From contig DATIIE010000015.1 of the NCBI GenBank assembly GCA_035479955.1, positions 2,268 to 66,267 of the forward strand: a stretch of 64,000 nt of DNA, read 5' to 3'. Below are positions 52,841-62,198 of the stretch, piece by piece; within the stretch, counting starts at the first letter, position 1, and the number at the start of each line of letters is the position of its first letter. The notes below the pieces were generated by a model, which was not told the DNA's origin, did no database searches, and saw only the letters and a list, made by a program, of their open reading frames with translations. This DNA comes from Candidatus Saccharimonadales bacterium (GTDB taxonomy: Bacteria > Patescibacteriota > Saccharimonadia > Saccharimonadales > UBA4665). The position numbers and the translations under genes were made by a program.

Positions 52841-53902
52841 ATGAGAGTCCTGGGCATTGAGTCGAGCTGTGACGAAACTGCCGCCGCTGTGGTTGAAGAC
52901 GGCCGGCGGTTGCTGAGTAATGTGGTGGCCAGCAGCATGGATATCCATGTGCAATACGGCGGCGTGGTGCCGGAAATTGCCGCCCGCAGCCACATTGAGG
53001 CCGTGATGCCGGTAATCCAGCAGGCGCTGGACGACGCCGACTGCACCTGGGACGACATCGACGCCATTGCCGTTACTTATGGCGCTGGCCTGAACGGCAG
53101 CCTGCTTATTGGGGTATTGGCCGCACGCACACTGGCTATTGTGAAAAATAAGCCGCTGTACGCCATCAACCACGTTGAGGGGCATATTTACGCTAATTTC
53201 CTTACCGAAACCACGCTTACGGGCCTTACTATGCGCACTTCCCAGCCCGTGTTCCCAATGTTAGGGCTGATTGTAAGCGGCGGCCACAGCCAGCTTGTGG
53301 TGTGGCGCAACCATTTCGACTACACATTATTAGGCCAAACATTAGACGACGCTGTCGGGGAAGCCTTCGACAAAGTCGCAAAAATTTTAGGGCTTCCCTA
53401 CCCCGGCGGCATCAGCGTTTCAGTACTCGCCCAGCAAGGCGACGCTAAAGCGTTCCGTTTACCCAAAGCCCGTCTGGAACATAAGTACGACTTTAGCTTC
53501 TCCGGCCTGAAGACCGCAGTACTGCGTGCCGCCCAGGAAGCTGTTGGCAGAGACTATTCCCTGCCCTCTATCCAGTTGCCGAACATGCTTAATGACACCC
53601 AGAAAGCCAACCTGGCTGCCAGTTTTGAGCGCATCGCTTACGAAACACTGGTAGACAAAGCCGTATTGGCGTTTGAAGAGTTTGCTCCGAAGAGCTTTGT
53701 GATTGGCGGCGGCGTGGCAGCCAATGCCGAACTCCGTCGCCAGCTGGCTGAGCGCATCCCCTTGCCTATTGAATATCCCGACCGCAAATTATGCGGCGAC
53801 AACGGCGCCATGATCGCCACGTTGGGCTGTTTCCATATGCAGCACGGCCGCCCAACCGTGGACCCGTTCGCTTTGGAAACTGCCCCTAACCTTTCTATGT
53901 AA
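52841..53902 (+). CDS. tsaD: tRNA N6-adenosine threonylcarbamoyltransferase
   Basis: GIESSCDETAAA, GGVVPEIAARSH, NHVEGH, SGGHS, DDAVGEAFDK, FSFSGLKT, GGVAAN, DNGAMIA. Confidence 0.98.
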   Translation: MRVLGIESSCDETAAAVVEDGRRLLSNVVASSMDIHVQYGGVVPEIAARSHIEAVMPVIQQALDDADCTWDDIDAIAVTYGAGLNGSLLIGVLAARTLAIVKNKPLYAINHVEGHIYANFLTETTLTGLTMRTSQPVFPMLGLIVSGGHSQLVVWRNHFDYTLLGQTLDDAVGEAFDKVAKILGLPYPGGISVSVLAQQGDAKAFRLPKARLEHKYDFSFSGLKTAVLRAAQEAVGRDYSLPSIQLPNMLNDTQKANLAASFERIAYETLVDKAVLAFEEFAPKSFVIGGGVAANAELRRQLAERIPLPIEYPDRKLCGDNGAMIATLGCFHMQHGRPTVDPFALETAPNLSM

Positions 53903-53921
53903 TTATCCCTGTAAAACCTGC

Positions 53922-54116
53922 TTGACATCCGAGGCAACCCCGCCTATTCTGTTCCAGCACAAAAATAAAAACGTGAAAATAAAACATACCCATCCAGAGA
54001 CTATTACTATGTACGGTTTGGTCGTACCAGCCGGTTTTTCTATCCCTGCAATTGGGGTGGATTTGAGGTGGGCTTTCACGCGAAAAGCCCTGTTTGCATT
54101 GGCTTTTTTCATGTGA
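53922..54116 (+). promoter_or_regulatory. valS promoter and long leader with competing hairpins and a small ORF (attenuator-like)
   Basis: TTGACA-N17-TATTCT (53922-53950); GGGCTTT/AAAGCCC versus AAAAGCC/GGCTTTT hairpins; ORF 53973-54116 with GTC-GTA Val codons. Confidence 0.4.
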
Positions 54117-54241
54117 AAAATTCTCATTTTTGCGACAATGCGGCAGGTACCATAGTGCTGTATTAACAGAGGTGGTAAATCACTCCATAAAGTGTTATGC
54201 TGTTGTTTGATATCACTAACTTTAGCTCAAAGGGAACGACT

Positions 54242-56791
54242 ATGAAGTTACCGAAGGTGTACGAACCGGCCGCGTATGAGGCCGACATCTACGCACTCTG
54301 GGAAAAAACCCAGGCTTTTCTACCACGTAAAACCGGGAAAAGCTATTCTGTCGTCGTCCCGCCACCCAATGCTAATGGCAACCTGCATCTTGGCCACGCT
54401 ATGACCCTCGGCATCCAGGATATTTCGGTGCGCTACCACCGCCTGAAAGGTGAGAGCGCCCTGTTGCTGCCTGGCGCCGACCACGCCGGTTTTGAAACGC
54501 AGGTGGTATATGAAAAGCAGCTCGCCAAAGAAGGGAAGAGCCGTTTCGATTTCACCCGTGAAGAGTTATACGCGCAAATTTGGGACTTCGTCGCCCAGAA
54601 CCGCACAAACTTTGAAGACCAGTTCCGGCGCCTCGGGGCAGGGGTGGACTGGAGCCGCTATACTTTCACACTCGACGACAAAATCGTAAAACGCGCCTAC
54701 GCCACGTTCAGAAAAATGTGGGATGAAGGTCATATCTACAGAGGTGAACGCCTGGTTAACTACTGCACCCACCACCGCACTGGCTTTGCCGACATCGAGG
54801 TGGTCTACCGTGAGCAAACCACCCCGCTGTACTACATGAAATATGGCCCGTTCACCCTGGCCACCACCCGCCCGGAAACAAAATTCGGCGACACCGCCGT
54901 AGCCGTACACCCCGACGACAAGCGCTACCAAAAATATGTAGGCCAGGTAATTGAAATTGAAGGCGTAAACGGCCCATTCACTGTGCAAGTTGTTGCCGAT
55001 GAAATGGTTGACCCTAACTTCGGCACAGGCGTTGTGAAGATCACACCGGCTCACTCCTTTGACGACTGGGATGTTGCCCAGCGCCACAACCTGCCGGCCA
55101 AGCGCATTATCAACCACGACGGCACGCTCAACCACTTTGCCGGCCGCTTCGAAGGCCTCACTATTATGGAAGCCCGCAAAGCCGTAGTAGCCGCCCTGGA
55201 AGAAAAGGGGCTGCTTGTAAAAGTAGACAAAGACTACAAAAACCGCGTTGGCCACTGTTACAAGTGCGACACTGTTATTGAACCGATGCTTATGGAGCAG
55301 TGGTTCATCGAGATGCAGCCGCTTGCGCAACCCGCCATCCAGGCGCTGAAAGAAGGGAAGGTGGCATTCCACCCTGAAAGCAAGAAACGCCAGCTGATTG
55401 CTTACCTGGAAAACCTGAAAGACTGGAACATCAGCCGGCAGATCGCCTGGGGCATCCCCATTCCGGCCTACCAAAACGTTGATGACACCGACGACTGGAT
55501 ATACGACGACGCCGACCTCACCAAAGAAATCATTGAAAAAGACGGCAAAACCTACCGCCGCGACCCAGACGTATTTGACACCTGGTTCAGCAGCGGCTCG
55601 TGGCCCTACAGCACCCTCGATTTCCCAGACGGCACCGACTTTAAAGATTTCTACCCCTTAAGCCTGATGGAAACCGGCTTCGACATCCTCTTCCCCTGGG
55701 TCAGCCGCATGCTGATGCTGGGCCTGTACGTAACCGGCGATGTACCCTTTAAAACCGTGTACCTGCACGGCCTTATCCTGGACGAGCACGGCCAAAAAAT
55801 GAGCAAAAGCAAAGGCAACGTGGTCAACCCCATGGAAATTGTCGACGAGCATGGCTCCGACGCGTTGCGCATGGGCATTATCACCGGCCAAAGCGCCGGC
55901 AACAACCAGCCGTTTGGCTTGCCAAAGGTAATTGGCGCCCGCAACTTCTGCAACAAACTATGGAACATTGCCCGTTATGTAGAAGAGAAGGTGGGTAACC
56001 CCAAGACCCTGCCCAGTGTTGAGGCCCACAGCGACGCCGACCACTGGATCTTGAGCCGTTTGGCCGAAACCACAGATACGGTTAGTGACTATCTGGAGCA
56101 ATACCGCTTCAGCGAAGCGTACGAAACCCTCTACCACTTTGTGTGGGACGATTTTGCCGACTGGTACATCGAAGCCAGCAAGGCAGAGGAGAACAAGGCG
56201 CTGCTAGCTTACGCCCTGGAGGTCATCTTAACCATTGCCCATCCGTTTGCGCCGTTCCTGACGGAAACTATCTGGCAAACACTGGCCTGGGCGCCAAATA
56301 CAGTGCTGGCCAGCGGAGCATGGCCCACAGGCATCCCACAGGCCGATAAGAAGCGCATGCGCGCCTTCGACGAAGTGAAGGGCATTGTGGGCGAAGTACG
56401 CGCCGTTATGAAGGCGGTAGGCGTCCACAAAACAACGCTGTACTATACCGAGGCGCCGATTGTCACTGCCAACGCCGCCCTGATTGCCCGCCTGGCGCAC
56501 CTGGAAAAGGTGGAACGCAGCACAGCAGCTGGCGGTGTAAAACTCACCCAAACCAAGCTCGAACTGCGCCTGGACATTAGCGAATCTGCAGCCAGAAAGT
56601 ACCTAGGCAAGCTGGCCGAGCAAGAGCAGGCCGAAACAGAGGCCAAGAAGCGCCTTGAAGGCCGCCTGGGCAACAAGAGTTATGTGGAAAATGCGCCGGA
56701 AACAGTTGTAGCGCAAACCCGCCAGCAGCTGGAAGAAACGGACATGCGCCTGCAAAACCTGAAGCTCGAAAAGAAGCGCTTCCAGGACTAG
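54242..56791 (+). CDS. valS: Valine--tRNA ligase
   Basis: MKLPKVYEP start after AAGGGA; PPPNANGNLHLGH, DHAG, TTRPET, KMSKSKGN, C-terminal coiled coil. Confidence 0.98.
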   Translation: MKLPKVYEPAAYEADIYALWEKTQAFLPRKTGKSYSVVVPPPNANGNLHLGHAMTLGIQDISVRYHRLKGESALLLPGADHAGFETQVVYEKQLAKEGKSRFDFTREELYAQIWDFVAQNRTNFEDQFRRLGAGVDWSRYTFTLDDKIVKRAYATFRKMWDEGHIYRGERLVNYCTHHRTGFADIEVVYREQTTPLYYMKYGPFTLATTRPETKFGDTAVAVHPDDKRYQKYVGQVIEIEGVNGPFTVQVVADEMVDPNFGTGVVKITPAHSFDDWDVAQRHNLPAKRIINHDGTLNHFAGRFEGLTIMEARKAVVAALEEKGLLVKVDKDYKNRVGHCYKCDTVIEPMLMEQWFIEMQPLAQPAIQALKEGKVAFHPESKKRQLIAYLENLKDWNISRQIAWGIPIPAYQNVDDTDDWIYDDADLTKEIIEKDGKTYRRDPDVFDTWFSSGSWPYSTLDFPDGTDFKDFYPLSLMETGFDILFPWVSRMLMLGLYVTGDVPFKTVYLHGLILDEHGQKMSKSKGNVVNPMEIVDEHGSDALRMGIITGQSAGNNQPFGLPKVIGARNFCNKLWNIARYVEEKVGNPKTLPSVEAHSDADHWILSRLAETTDTVSDYLEQYRFSEAYETLYHFVWDDFADWYIEASKAEENKALLAYALEVILTIAHPFAPFLTETIWQTLAWAPNTVLASGAWPTGIPQADKKRMRAFDEVKGIVGEVRAVMKAVGVHKTTLYYTEAPIVTANAALIARLAHLEKVERSTAAGGVKLTQTKLELRLDISESAARKYLGKLAEQEQAETEAKKRLEGRLGNKSYVENAPETVVAQTRQQLEETDMRLQNLKLEKKRFQD

Positions 56792-56820
56792 CCTCTGTCA
56801 GCAGGTCATCCACGCTGTAG

Positions 56821-56837
56821 TTGCAACAAAGTCGCAA
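56821..56837. promoter_or_regulatory. 7-3-7 palindrome over the -35 of the Fur-family gene (putative autoregulatory operator)
   Basis: TTGCAAC-AAA-GTCGCAA (1 mismatch). Confidence 0.5.
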
Positions 56838-56856
56838 TACATGTTACCGTATTTAT

Positions 56857-57279
56857 ATGAGTTTGCCCCGCGACGCCTTCCGCGCCCTGCTAAAAACCAA
56901 CGGCTATAGCGTTACGAAAGCGCGCTTGGCTGTGTTTGACGCGCTGCTCGGCAAAGAGCCGCTCGGCATGCACACTCTGGTAGAAAAAACAGGGCAGGTG
57001 GACCGCGCCAGCGTATACCGCGCCGTTGAACTGTTTGAACGCCTGGGCATAACGCAGCGCCTGCACACCGGCTGGAAGTACAAGCTGGAGCTGACCGACA
57101 AGTTTGCCGAGCACCATCACCACCTTACCTGTGTGCGCTGCGGCAAAACCATACCCATGAACGAGCACGAGTTGGAAACACTCATCACTAAACTAGCGGC
57201 CGCGCACCAATTTACGCCAACCGCGCACCAAATAGAGATTCAAGGTGTTTGCGCAGCGTGCGCACACCTGGAAAAGTAA
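56857..57279 (+). CDS. Fur-family metalloregulator (Fur/Zur-like)
   Basis: T.ARLAV, ASVYRAVELFERLG, HHHHLTCVRCG, G.CAAC. Confidence 0.93.
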   Translation: MSLPRDAFRALLKTNGYSVTKARLAVFDALLGKEPLGMHTLVEKTGQVDRASVYRAVELFERLGITQRLHTGWKYKLELTDKFAEHHHHLTCVRCGKTIPMNEHELETLITKLAAAHQFTPTAHQIEIQGVCAACAHLEK

Positions 57280-57282
57280 AAA

Positions 57283-58140
57283 TTATTCCGCAGGCTCAAG
57301 CGAGCTACGCACCCGCTCGGCAGATTCATCCGGGCGGTAATCGTCAAACCATAGCACGTGCCAGCCCTGTTTTTCGGCGGCCATAAGGTTCACGCGCGAA
57401 TCGTCTACCAGCAGGATTTGCGAGGCAGGGCAGTTGGCGCGCTCGCTGGCGATCTTGTAAATTTCAGCTTCGGGCTTTATTGCTTTTACCTTAGAAGAAT
57501 CAATTATGGTGTCGTACGGGATGTTTGGTATTAAGCTGCGCTTCTTAAGCTCGTCTACGAAGCCAGGCATGATGTTAGTAAGCAGGCCTACATGGTAGCG
57601 CTCGGCAGCCCAGCGCACCAGGTCGTGCATCACCGGGATCGGCTCAACAGCGTCCAGGTAATAATCCATCCAGTCAACGTTGTGGATGCCCAGTTCCTCG
57701 GCCAGCTTCTGGTTAAAGGCCGGCATGTCCATTTCGCCGCGGCAGACGAGGTCGTTGTAGTGCCAGAAAATCATCTCGATAACATCGGGTGAGGCGCCGG
57801 TTTGCTCGCTTAAACGCGAAAAGGCGCCATGGAAGAAGCGCACCAGGCAGCCGTTAATGTCGAAGTATACGAAGCTGACACCGCTTTTGCTGTGCAGTTT
57901 AGGGGTGTGCGGAGCTGCAGTGCCCGCGGCAGTGGCGCCGCCCATAAGTTCGTCCAGGCCAATGCCCAGGGCGGTAGCGATACTTTGGATAGTGAAGATG
58001 GAGGGCGACTTAATGGCGCCGCGCTCAATTTTCGTAAGCGTGGAGTAACTGAGGTTGGCCTTTTGGCACAACGACTGTTGCGTTAACCCTGCTTGCACCC
58101 GCGCAGCTTGCAGCCGCCGGCCCAACCGCTCCTCATTCAT
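57283..58140 (-). CDS. XRE-type HTH fused to a HAD-family hydrolase
   Basis: LQAARVQAGLTQQSLCQKANLSYSTLTKIERG; YFDINGCL, LLTN, KP..EIY, LVDDSRVN; start 6 nt after TATCAT. Confidence 0.88.
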   Translation of the reverse strand: MNEERLGRRLQAARVQAGLTQQSLCQKANLSYSTLTKIERGAIKSPSIFTIQSIATALGIGLDELMGGATAAGTAAPHTPKLHSKSGVSFVYFDINGCLVRFFHGAFSRLSEQTGASPDVIEMIFWHYNDLVCRGEMDMPAFNQKLAEELGIHNVDWMDYYLDAVEPIPVMHDLVRWAAERYHVGLLTNIMPGFVDELKKRSLIPNIPYDTIIDSSKVKAIKPEAEIYKIASERANCPASQILLVDDSRVNLMAAEKQGWHVLWFDDYRPDESAERVRSSLEPAE

Positions 58141-58209
58141 AGCCATATGATACCAGTTGGCGCCAAAAAATCCAACAACTAGCCGCATTCGGCCAGGAGC
58201 CGTAAGCAG

Positions 58210-58998
58210 CTAGGACTGGAGTTCGGCGTAGGCTGCAGCCACATGGCGCTTGATTTCGGTGCGGCGTTCCGGCGTCAGGCGCGTGTCAGCCGCCAGGGCA
58301 TCGTCCAGTTCGCTGGTAAGGCGCCAGAAACTTGGCGCTTTATTTGCATTGTGCGAGAGGGTGAAGCCGCAAGGGTCAACCCAGCCAATCTGCTCGTTGC
58401 CGTTATATAGGCCAAAGGGGCGCAGGGGTTTTGTGGCAACGCTGCCCGCCGCCAGGGTAGCAAACGCCCCAACACGCATTGGCTTGTCGCGCTCGCCGCA
58501 CACTACGGTTGCGTTGGCGCCAATGGACGCGCCAAACTCGATTGTTGTTTCGCCGACTTCCCAGGGGCCAAACGCGCGCGGATGGCGGTCGTTCGGGAAC
58601 TTAGCGCCCGGCCCGATAAACACTGAGCTGGCCACGGTTATGCCCTCCGGAATAGATACGTGGTTTTGGATGCGGCTGTAGGGGCCAATTTGCACATTGG
58701 TGTTTACGACACTGGCATGGCCTATTGCTGCGCCAGCGCCTAAACGGGCGCCCGGCCGCACTTGGGAATGGTCCCAGGCTGCGGCGCCTTCGGCGAGATG
58801 GGCGCCATTTATATGGGCGCCCATTCCTACGATACTGCCATCAGCCAGTGCTGCTTCGCCTTCAATAACAGCGCCGGCGTGGATTCTCACCCCTTCGCCA
58901 ATAACCGCCTCCGGCATAATAGATGCCGATGAGTGCGCTAAATAAGTTGGGCCGCCATTCACTAACTGTACCGGCCGCAGCTCGTATCCTAATCCCAC
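58210..58998 (-). CDS. Left-handed beta-helix (hexapeptide) acyltransferase, WbpD/WxcM-like
   Basis: Hexapeptide repeats; IQNHVSI..G.T....VFIGPGAKFPND..PR, GASIGANATVVCG. Confidence 0.85.
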   Translation of the reverse strand: MGLGYELRPVQLVNGGPTYLAHSSASIMPEAVIGEGVRIHAGAVIEGEAALADGSIVGMGAHINGAHLAEGAAAWDHSQVRPGARLGAGAAIGHASVVNTNVQIGPYSRIQNHVSIPEGITVASSVFIGPGAKFPNDRHPRAFGPWEVGETTIEFGASIGANATVVCGERDKPMRVGAFATLAAGSVATKPLRPFGLYNGNEQIGWVDPCGFTLSHNANKAPSFWRLTSELDDALAADTRLTPERRTEIKRHVAAAYAELQS

Positions 58999-59098
58999 AG
59001 GAGACTCCTCTCTGTAATAATGAGGCGATTATATAAGACGCCACCCCTGGAATGCAAATAGGTATACGGCGGCCTGCGAAAAGGGCTACAATAAGCAT

Positions 59099-60265
59099 AT
59101 GCAATTCTTACGTAAAGCAGCCCTGACAGCCGCTGCATCACTCCTAGGTATCACGCTGTTCAGCTTTGGGTTAACCTGGAGCCTGTACCAAGTTTTTAGC
59201 ACGCCGCACCAGCTGAAAACATCTATTACCAGCAGCGGCTTATACGACTCAGCCATAGCCGCCATATTAAAACAGCAAAGCAAGACCGCCGAGCCCGGTG
59301 GCGCAAGCAGCGATGTGCCGGTAAACCGCCCGGAAGTGCAAAAAATAATTGAGCAGGCGTTCCCGCCGCAGCTGCTGCAATCGCAAACAGAGCAGGTGAT
59401 TGACGCAACCTACACCTGGCTGAGCGGCGATGCGGCCAGCTTGCAATTCAGCCTCGACTTTTCACAGGCCAAAGCCAACCTTGCCAATGGGTTGCAGCAA
59501 TATGCAAAGCAGCGGTTAAGCTCATTGCCAGCGTGCCCGGCCAACACGATTCCGTATGAAGGCGTGGATGTATTTAATGCCACCTGCGTGCCGCCCGGCG
59601 CAGACATAAATGCCATCGCCGCGAAAGCGCACGATGACATTATGAACGGCGACTTTCTAAAGGACCCGACCCTAAACGCCAGCACTCTCAAAACATCCGA
59701 CGGCAAACCGCTGCAGGAACAGCTGCGCGAAGCGCCAGGCATTTACCGCGCCGTAACATGGAGCGTCTATGGCGGTGCCGTGCTAGCACTGCTGCTGGCA
59801 GCGGCCATGGTATTTTTGAGTGTCACACGCCGCGTTGGCGTGCGGCGGGTGGCCATTTCCAGCATCACAGTTGGCGCATTGAGCGCGGTGCTGGGCTGGC
59901 TGAGTAGTTTTGCAGTGCACCAACTTGCACATAAATTTACTGATTCGCAAACATCGAACACATCTTTGCAGCCGCAAATCAGCAACCTGGTGCAGTCATT
60001 GGCCGACGACCTGCGGAACTGGTGGGTCATCTTCGGCCTGACATGTGTGGTGTTGGGGATTGCCGCGCTGATTGCACTCCACGTAACAAAGCCAAAAAAT
60101 GCGATTGATTTGCGCACGCAAGGGAAGCCCCATCCCAAAAGTGACGCGCCAGATTTAATTCCCAGTGACGACAGCAAGCCAGCAATGGCCACGCGCCACG
60201 AACATGTGGTTGCGCCGCCCACAGAAAACAAGCAGCCAAAACCGCGGCCGCCGGCCCAAGGCTAA
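59099..60265 (+). CDS. Membrane protein (N-terminal TM, helical extracytoplasmic domain with a Cys pair, 3 C-terminal TMs)
   Basis: Hydrophobicity pattern; TACAAT 6 nt before ATG. Confidence 0.82.
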   Translation: MQFLRKAALTAAASLLGITLFSFGLTWSLYQVFSTPHQLKTSITSSGLYDSAIAAILKQQSKTAEPGGASSDVPVNRPEVQKIIEQAFPPQLLQSQTEQVIDATYTWLSGDAASLQFSLDFSQAKANLANGLQQYAKQRLSSLPACPANTIPYEGVDVFNATCVPPGADINAIAAKAHDDIMNGDFLKDPTLNASTLKTSDGKPLQEQLREAPGIYRAVTWSVYGGAVLALLLAAAMVFLSVTRRVGVRRVAISSITVGALSAVLGWLSSFAVHQLAHKFTDSQTSNTSLQPQISNLVQSLADDLRNWWVIFGLTCVVLGIAALIALHVTKPKNAIDLRTQGKPHPKSDAPDLIPSDDSKPAMATRHEHVVAPPTENKQPKPRPPAQG

Positions 60266-60820
60266 CTACACAACGATAACATTCTCAGGAGGGATAGGCC
60301 GCGTTACACCAGGCGTTAGCGGCATATTTGCCACATCTACCCCCAGCAGGGCGCTGATAGCAATCTGCGAATACGGGTCTATGCCGCTAAATGGTACCTC
60401 ATTGCCAATGACGGGATGAAAGTTAACAGGGGGGGTAACGAGCTCGGTTGTGGCGCGCGGGAAGCCAATTATGATACCTGGCACAGCATGCACGCCCGTG
60501 CGGCCGGTCATGGCCGCCAGTTCTTCAGCCTCTCCCTGGTTAAAGTGGCCTTGGTACAGGCCGCCGCGTGACAGCATGTAGGCATGCCCGTGCGCGTATG
60601 CGTGGTCATTGTCTGTTCGCTTAGCAACAACGTGCATAAAAAAATCGTCGCGGGGGTTAACGCGGTTAACGCCATGTGCCAGGTTTAAGGCCAGTGCGCC
60701 CAACGAAGCACCGCGCAAGTAATAATTGGCGCGCTCGGCAGGCGGAATAAAGTCGATAACCGTGCCTCGGGGAAGGTTAAACAGTGGCTCTGGGTTAAAA
60801 CCGGCGGGGCGGTTGCTCAT
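60266..60820 (-). CDS. Orphan protein
   Basis: Start MSNRPAG 7 nt after TGgTAAAAT, with TTGCAA upstream. Confidence 0.7.
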   Translation of the reverse strand: MSNRPAGFNPEPLFNLPRGTVIDFIPPAERANYYLRGASLGALALNLAHGVNRVNPRDDFFMHVVAKRTDNDHAYAHGHAYMLSRGGLYQGHFNQGEAEELAAMTGRTGVHAVPGIIIGFPRATTELVTPPVNFHPVIGNEVPFSGIDPYSQIAISALLGVDVANMPLTPGVTRPIPPENVIVV

Positions 60821-60862
60821 AAAGTATATTTTACCATGAAAACATGTTTTTGCAACGTAACA

Positions 60863-60897
60863 GAAAAACACCTTGGGTTGATTCCAAGGTGTTTTTC
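60863..60897. terminator. Intrinsic terminator downstream of tRNA-Ser(GCT)
   Basis: GAAAAACACCTTGG-N7-CCAAGGTGTTTTTC, perfect 14-bp stem. Confidence 0.88.
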
Positions 60898-60899
60898 GT

Positions 60900-60992
60900 T
60901 GGCGGAGAGGGAGGGATTCGAACCCTCGCGGGGGATTGCTCCCCCCTATCGATTTAGCAAACCGACCCCTTCAGCCTCTTGGGTACCTCTCC
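60900..60992 (-). tRNA. tRNA-Ser(GCT)
   Basis: GGAGAGG acceptor, TCGGT-TTGCTAA-ATCGA anticodon arm, long variable arm, GTTCGAATC, encoded CCA. Confidence 0.97.
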
Positions 60993-61067
60993 ATTTGCTG
61001 CCAAAAGTTCTATTTTTCGGCTCGACCAGAGAATTGTACTATATTTTATCTCTGTTGGCGAGGGGTT

Positions 61068-61985
61068 TTATGCCGAGCCTGGGCCATTGCCGCGCGCCCA
61101 CCTGCGGCGGTGTGGCTGGCCTGGAGCGCGGGGCGGCTCATCCTTGCCAATAGTAGTGTACTTGCCGACAGTAGCCGGGCCTTCACTCTGGGCCTGCTGG
61201 CGGGATGCCAGTATTTGGGCGGTGATTGTCTCATATGCCCGGTCGGCACCATATGGAACCATTAGGGTGCGGCCGACGATTGCTGTAGCCGGTGTTTCGC
61301 CTTCGGCTACGGGCAGCGCCCATTGGCCAGCTTCAATCTCTAAGTGGTAGCCGTCTTTCACCTTTGTAGCAGGGGAGGTGTCCAAGCTAACCTGGCGGTG
61401 CATAACAGCTTCAGCTACAGAAACGGATGCGACAGCAGGGTGCCTGGCATAATCGGCTGGGCGGGCGGCTGCGCCCACTAAGCGCACGTCGGCTTCGGTG
61501 GCCGCTTCAGTGGTGCGCGCAACCGTAAGTTCGCCCGCATTGCCAACGCCATATGTGGCAACTACAGCGCCGGTTTCAGTACGGACGCTGTGTGTGGTGC
61601 CGGGCAATAAGGGCTGAAATATTGGCTCAGGCTGGGCGTCGGGTGCGGGAGTTTCCCAATGCAGGCTGGCGTACCGTGGTTTTACCGGCAGCTGGCCGTC
61701 GGCAGTAACGGTTATGGGCAGCGCGCCGATATCCAAAATACGCGTGGCTGCAGTTTGGGCGTCATAGTTATAGCCAAACGCGCCACCATTCGGCTTGCGG
61801 CCTTCGTAACGGCCGGTAACTATTGTCAGCACATCTTCACCGCCAGGGGTGTTCTGTAATTCGGCCATGCCCAAGCTAACTATTTCCACGCTGGCGCCCG
61901 GATTTAATATGCTGAGGCCGCTCAGGCTGGCTGGGCTATCAATTAATTCTGGCTGCTGGGGCGCGCCTTCTGCGGGACTGGTCAT
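61068..61985 (-). CDS. Orphan beta-rich protein between two tRNA-Ser genes
   Basis: AGGAG RBS; ATG 30 nt downstream of the tRNA-Ser(TGA) 3' end; Arg-rich C-terminus. Confidence 0.78.
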   Translation of the reverse strand: MTSPAEGAPQQPELIDSPASLSGLSILNPGASVEIVSLGMAELQNTPGGEDVLTIVTGRYEGRKPNGGAFGYNYDAQTAATRILDIGALPITVTADGQLPVKPRYASLHWETPAPDAQPEPIFQPLLPGTTHSVRTETGAVVATYGVGNAGELTVARTTEAATEADVRLVGAAARPADYARHPAVASVSVAEAVMHRQVSLDTSPATKVKDGYHLEIEAGQWALPVAEGETPATAIVGRTLMVPYGADRAYETITAQILASRQQAQSEGPATVGKYTTIGKDEPPRAPGQPHRRRWARGNGPGSA

Positions 61986-62014
61986 ATACTATGTACTCCT
62001 GTAATCTGGTCGAA

Positions 62015-62102
62015 TGGCGGAAGGGGTGGGATTCGAACCCACGGTGAGTTGCCCCACACTTGTTTTCAAGACAAGGTCCTTAAACCACTCGGACACCCTT
62101 CC
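62015..62102 (-). tRNA. tRNA-Ser(TGA)
   Basis: CTTGT-CTTGAAA-ACAAG anticodon arm, long variable arm, GTTCGAATC, CCA. Confidence 0.97.
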
Positions 62103-62198
62103 GTATAACAGGGGTCATTATATCATCTGTGGCTATTATTGCCAAAATTCTGCGGGAACGCTTCTGCTTAACAACAATACGTTGTACAATACTGGCAT

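Noticed and set aside
54040-54180. Canonical T-box riboswitch before valS
   Set aside because: GGTGG fragments are not followed by ACCRCG and no antiterminator 3' strand or stem I motifs were found; kept only as an attenuator-like candidate.
54566-55474. 302-aa minus-strand ORF inside valS, and the many similar 60-220 aa antisense or off-frame ORFs in the track
   Set aside because: Fully nested opposite or within well-supported genes; expected in a moderately GC-rich genome with few antisense stops.
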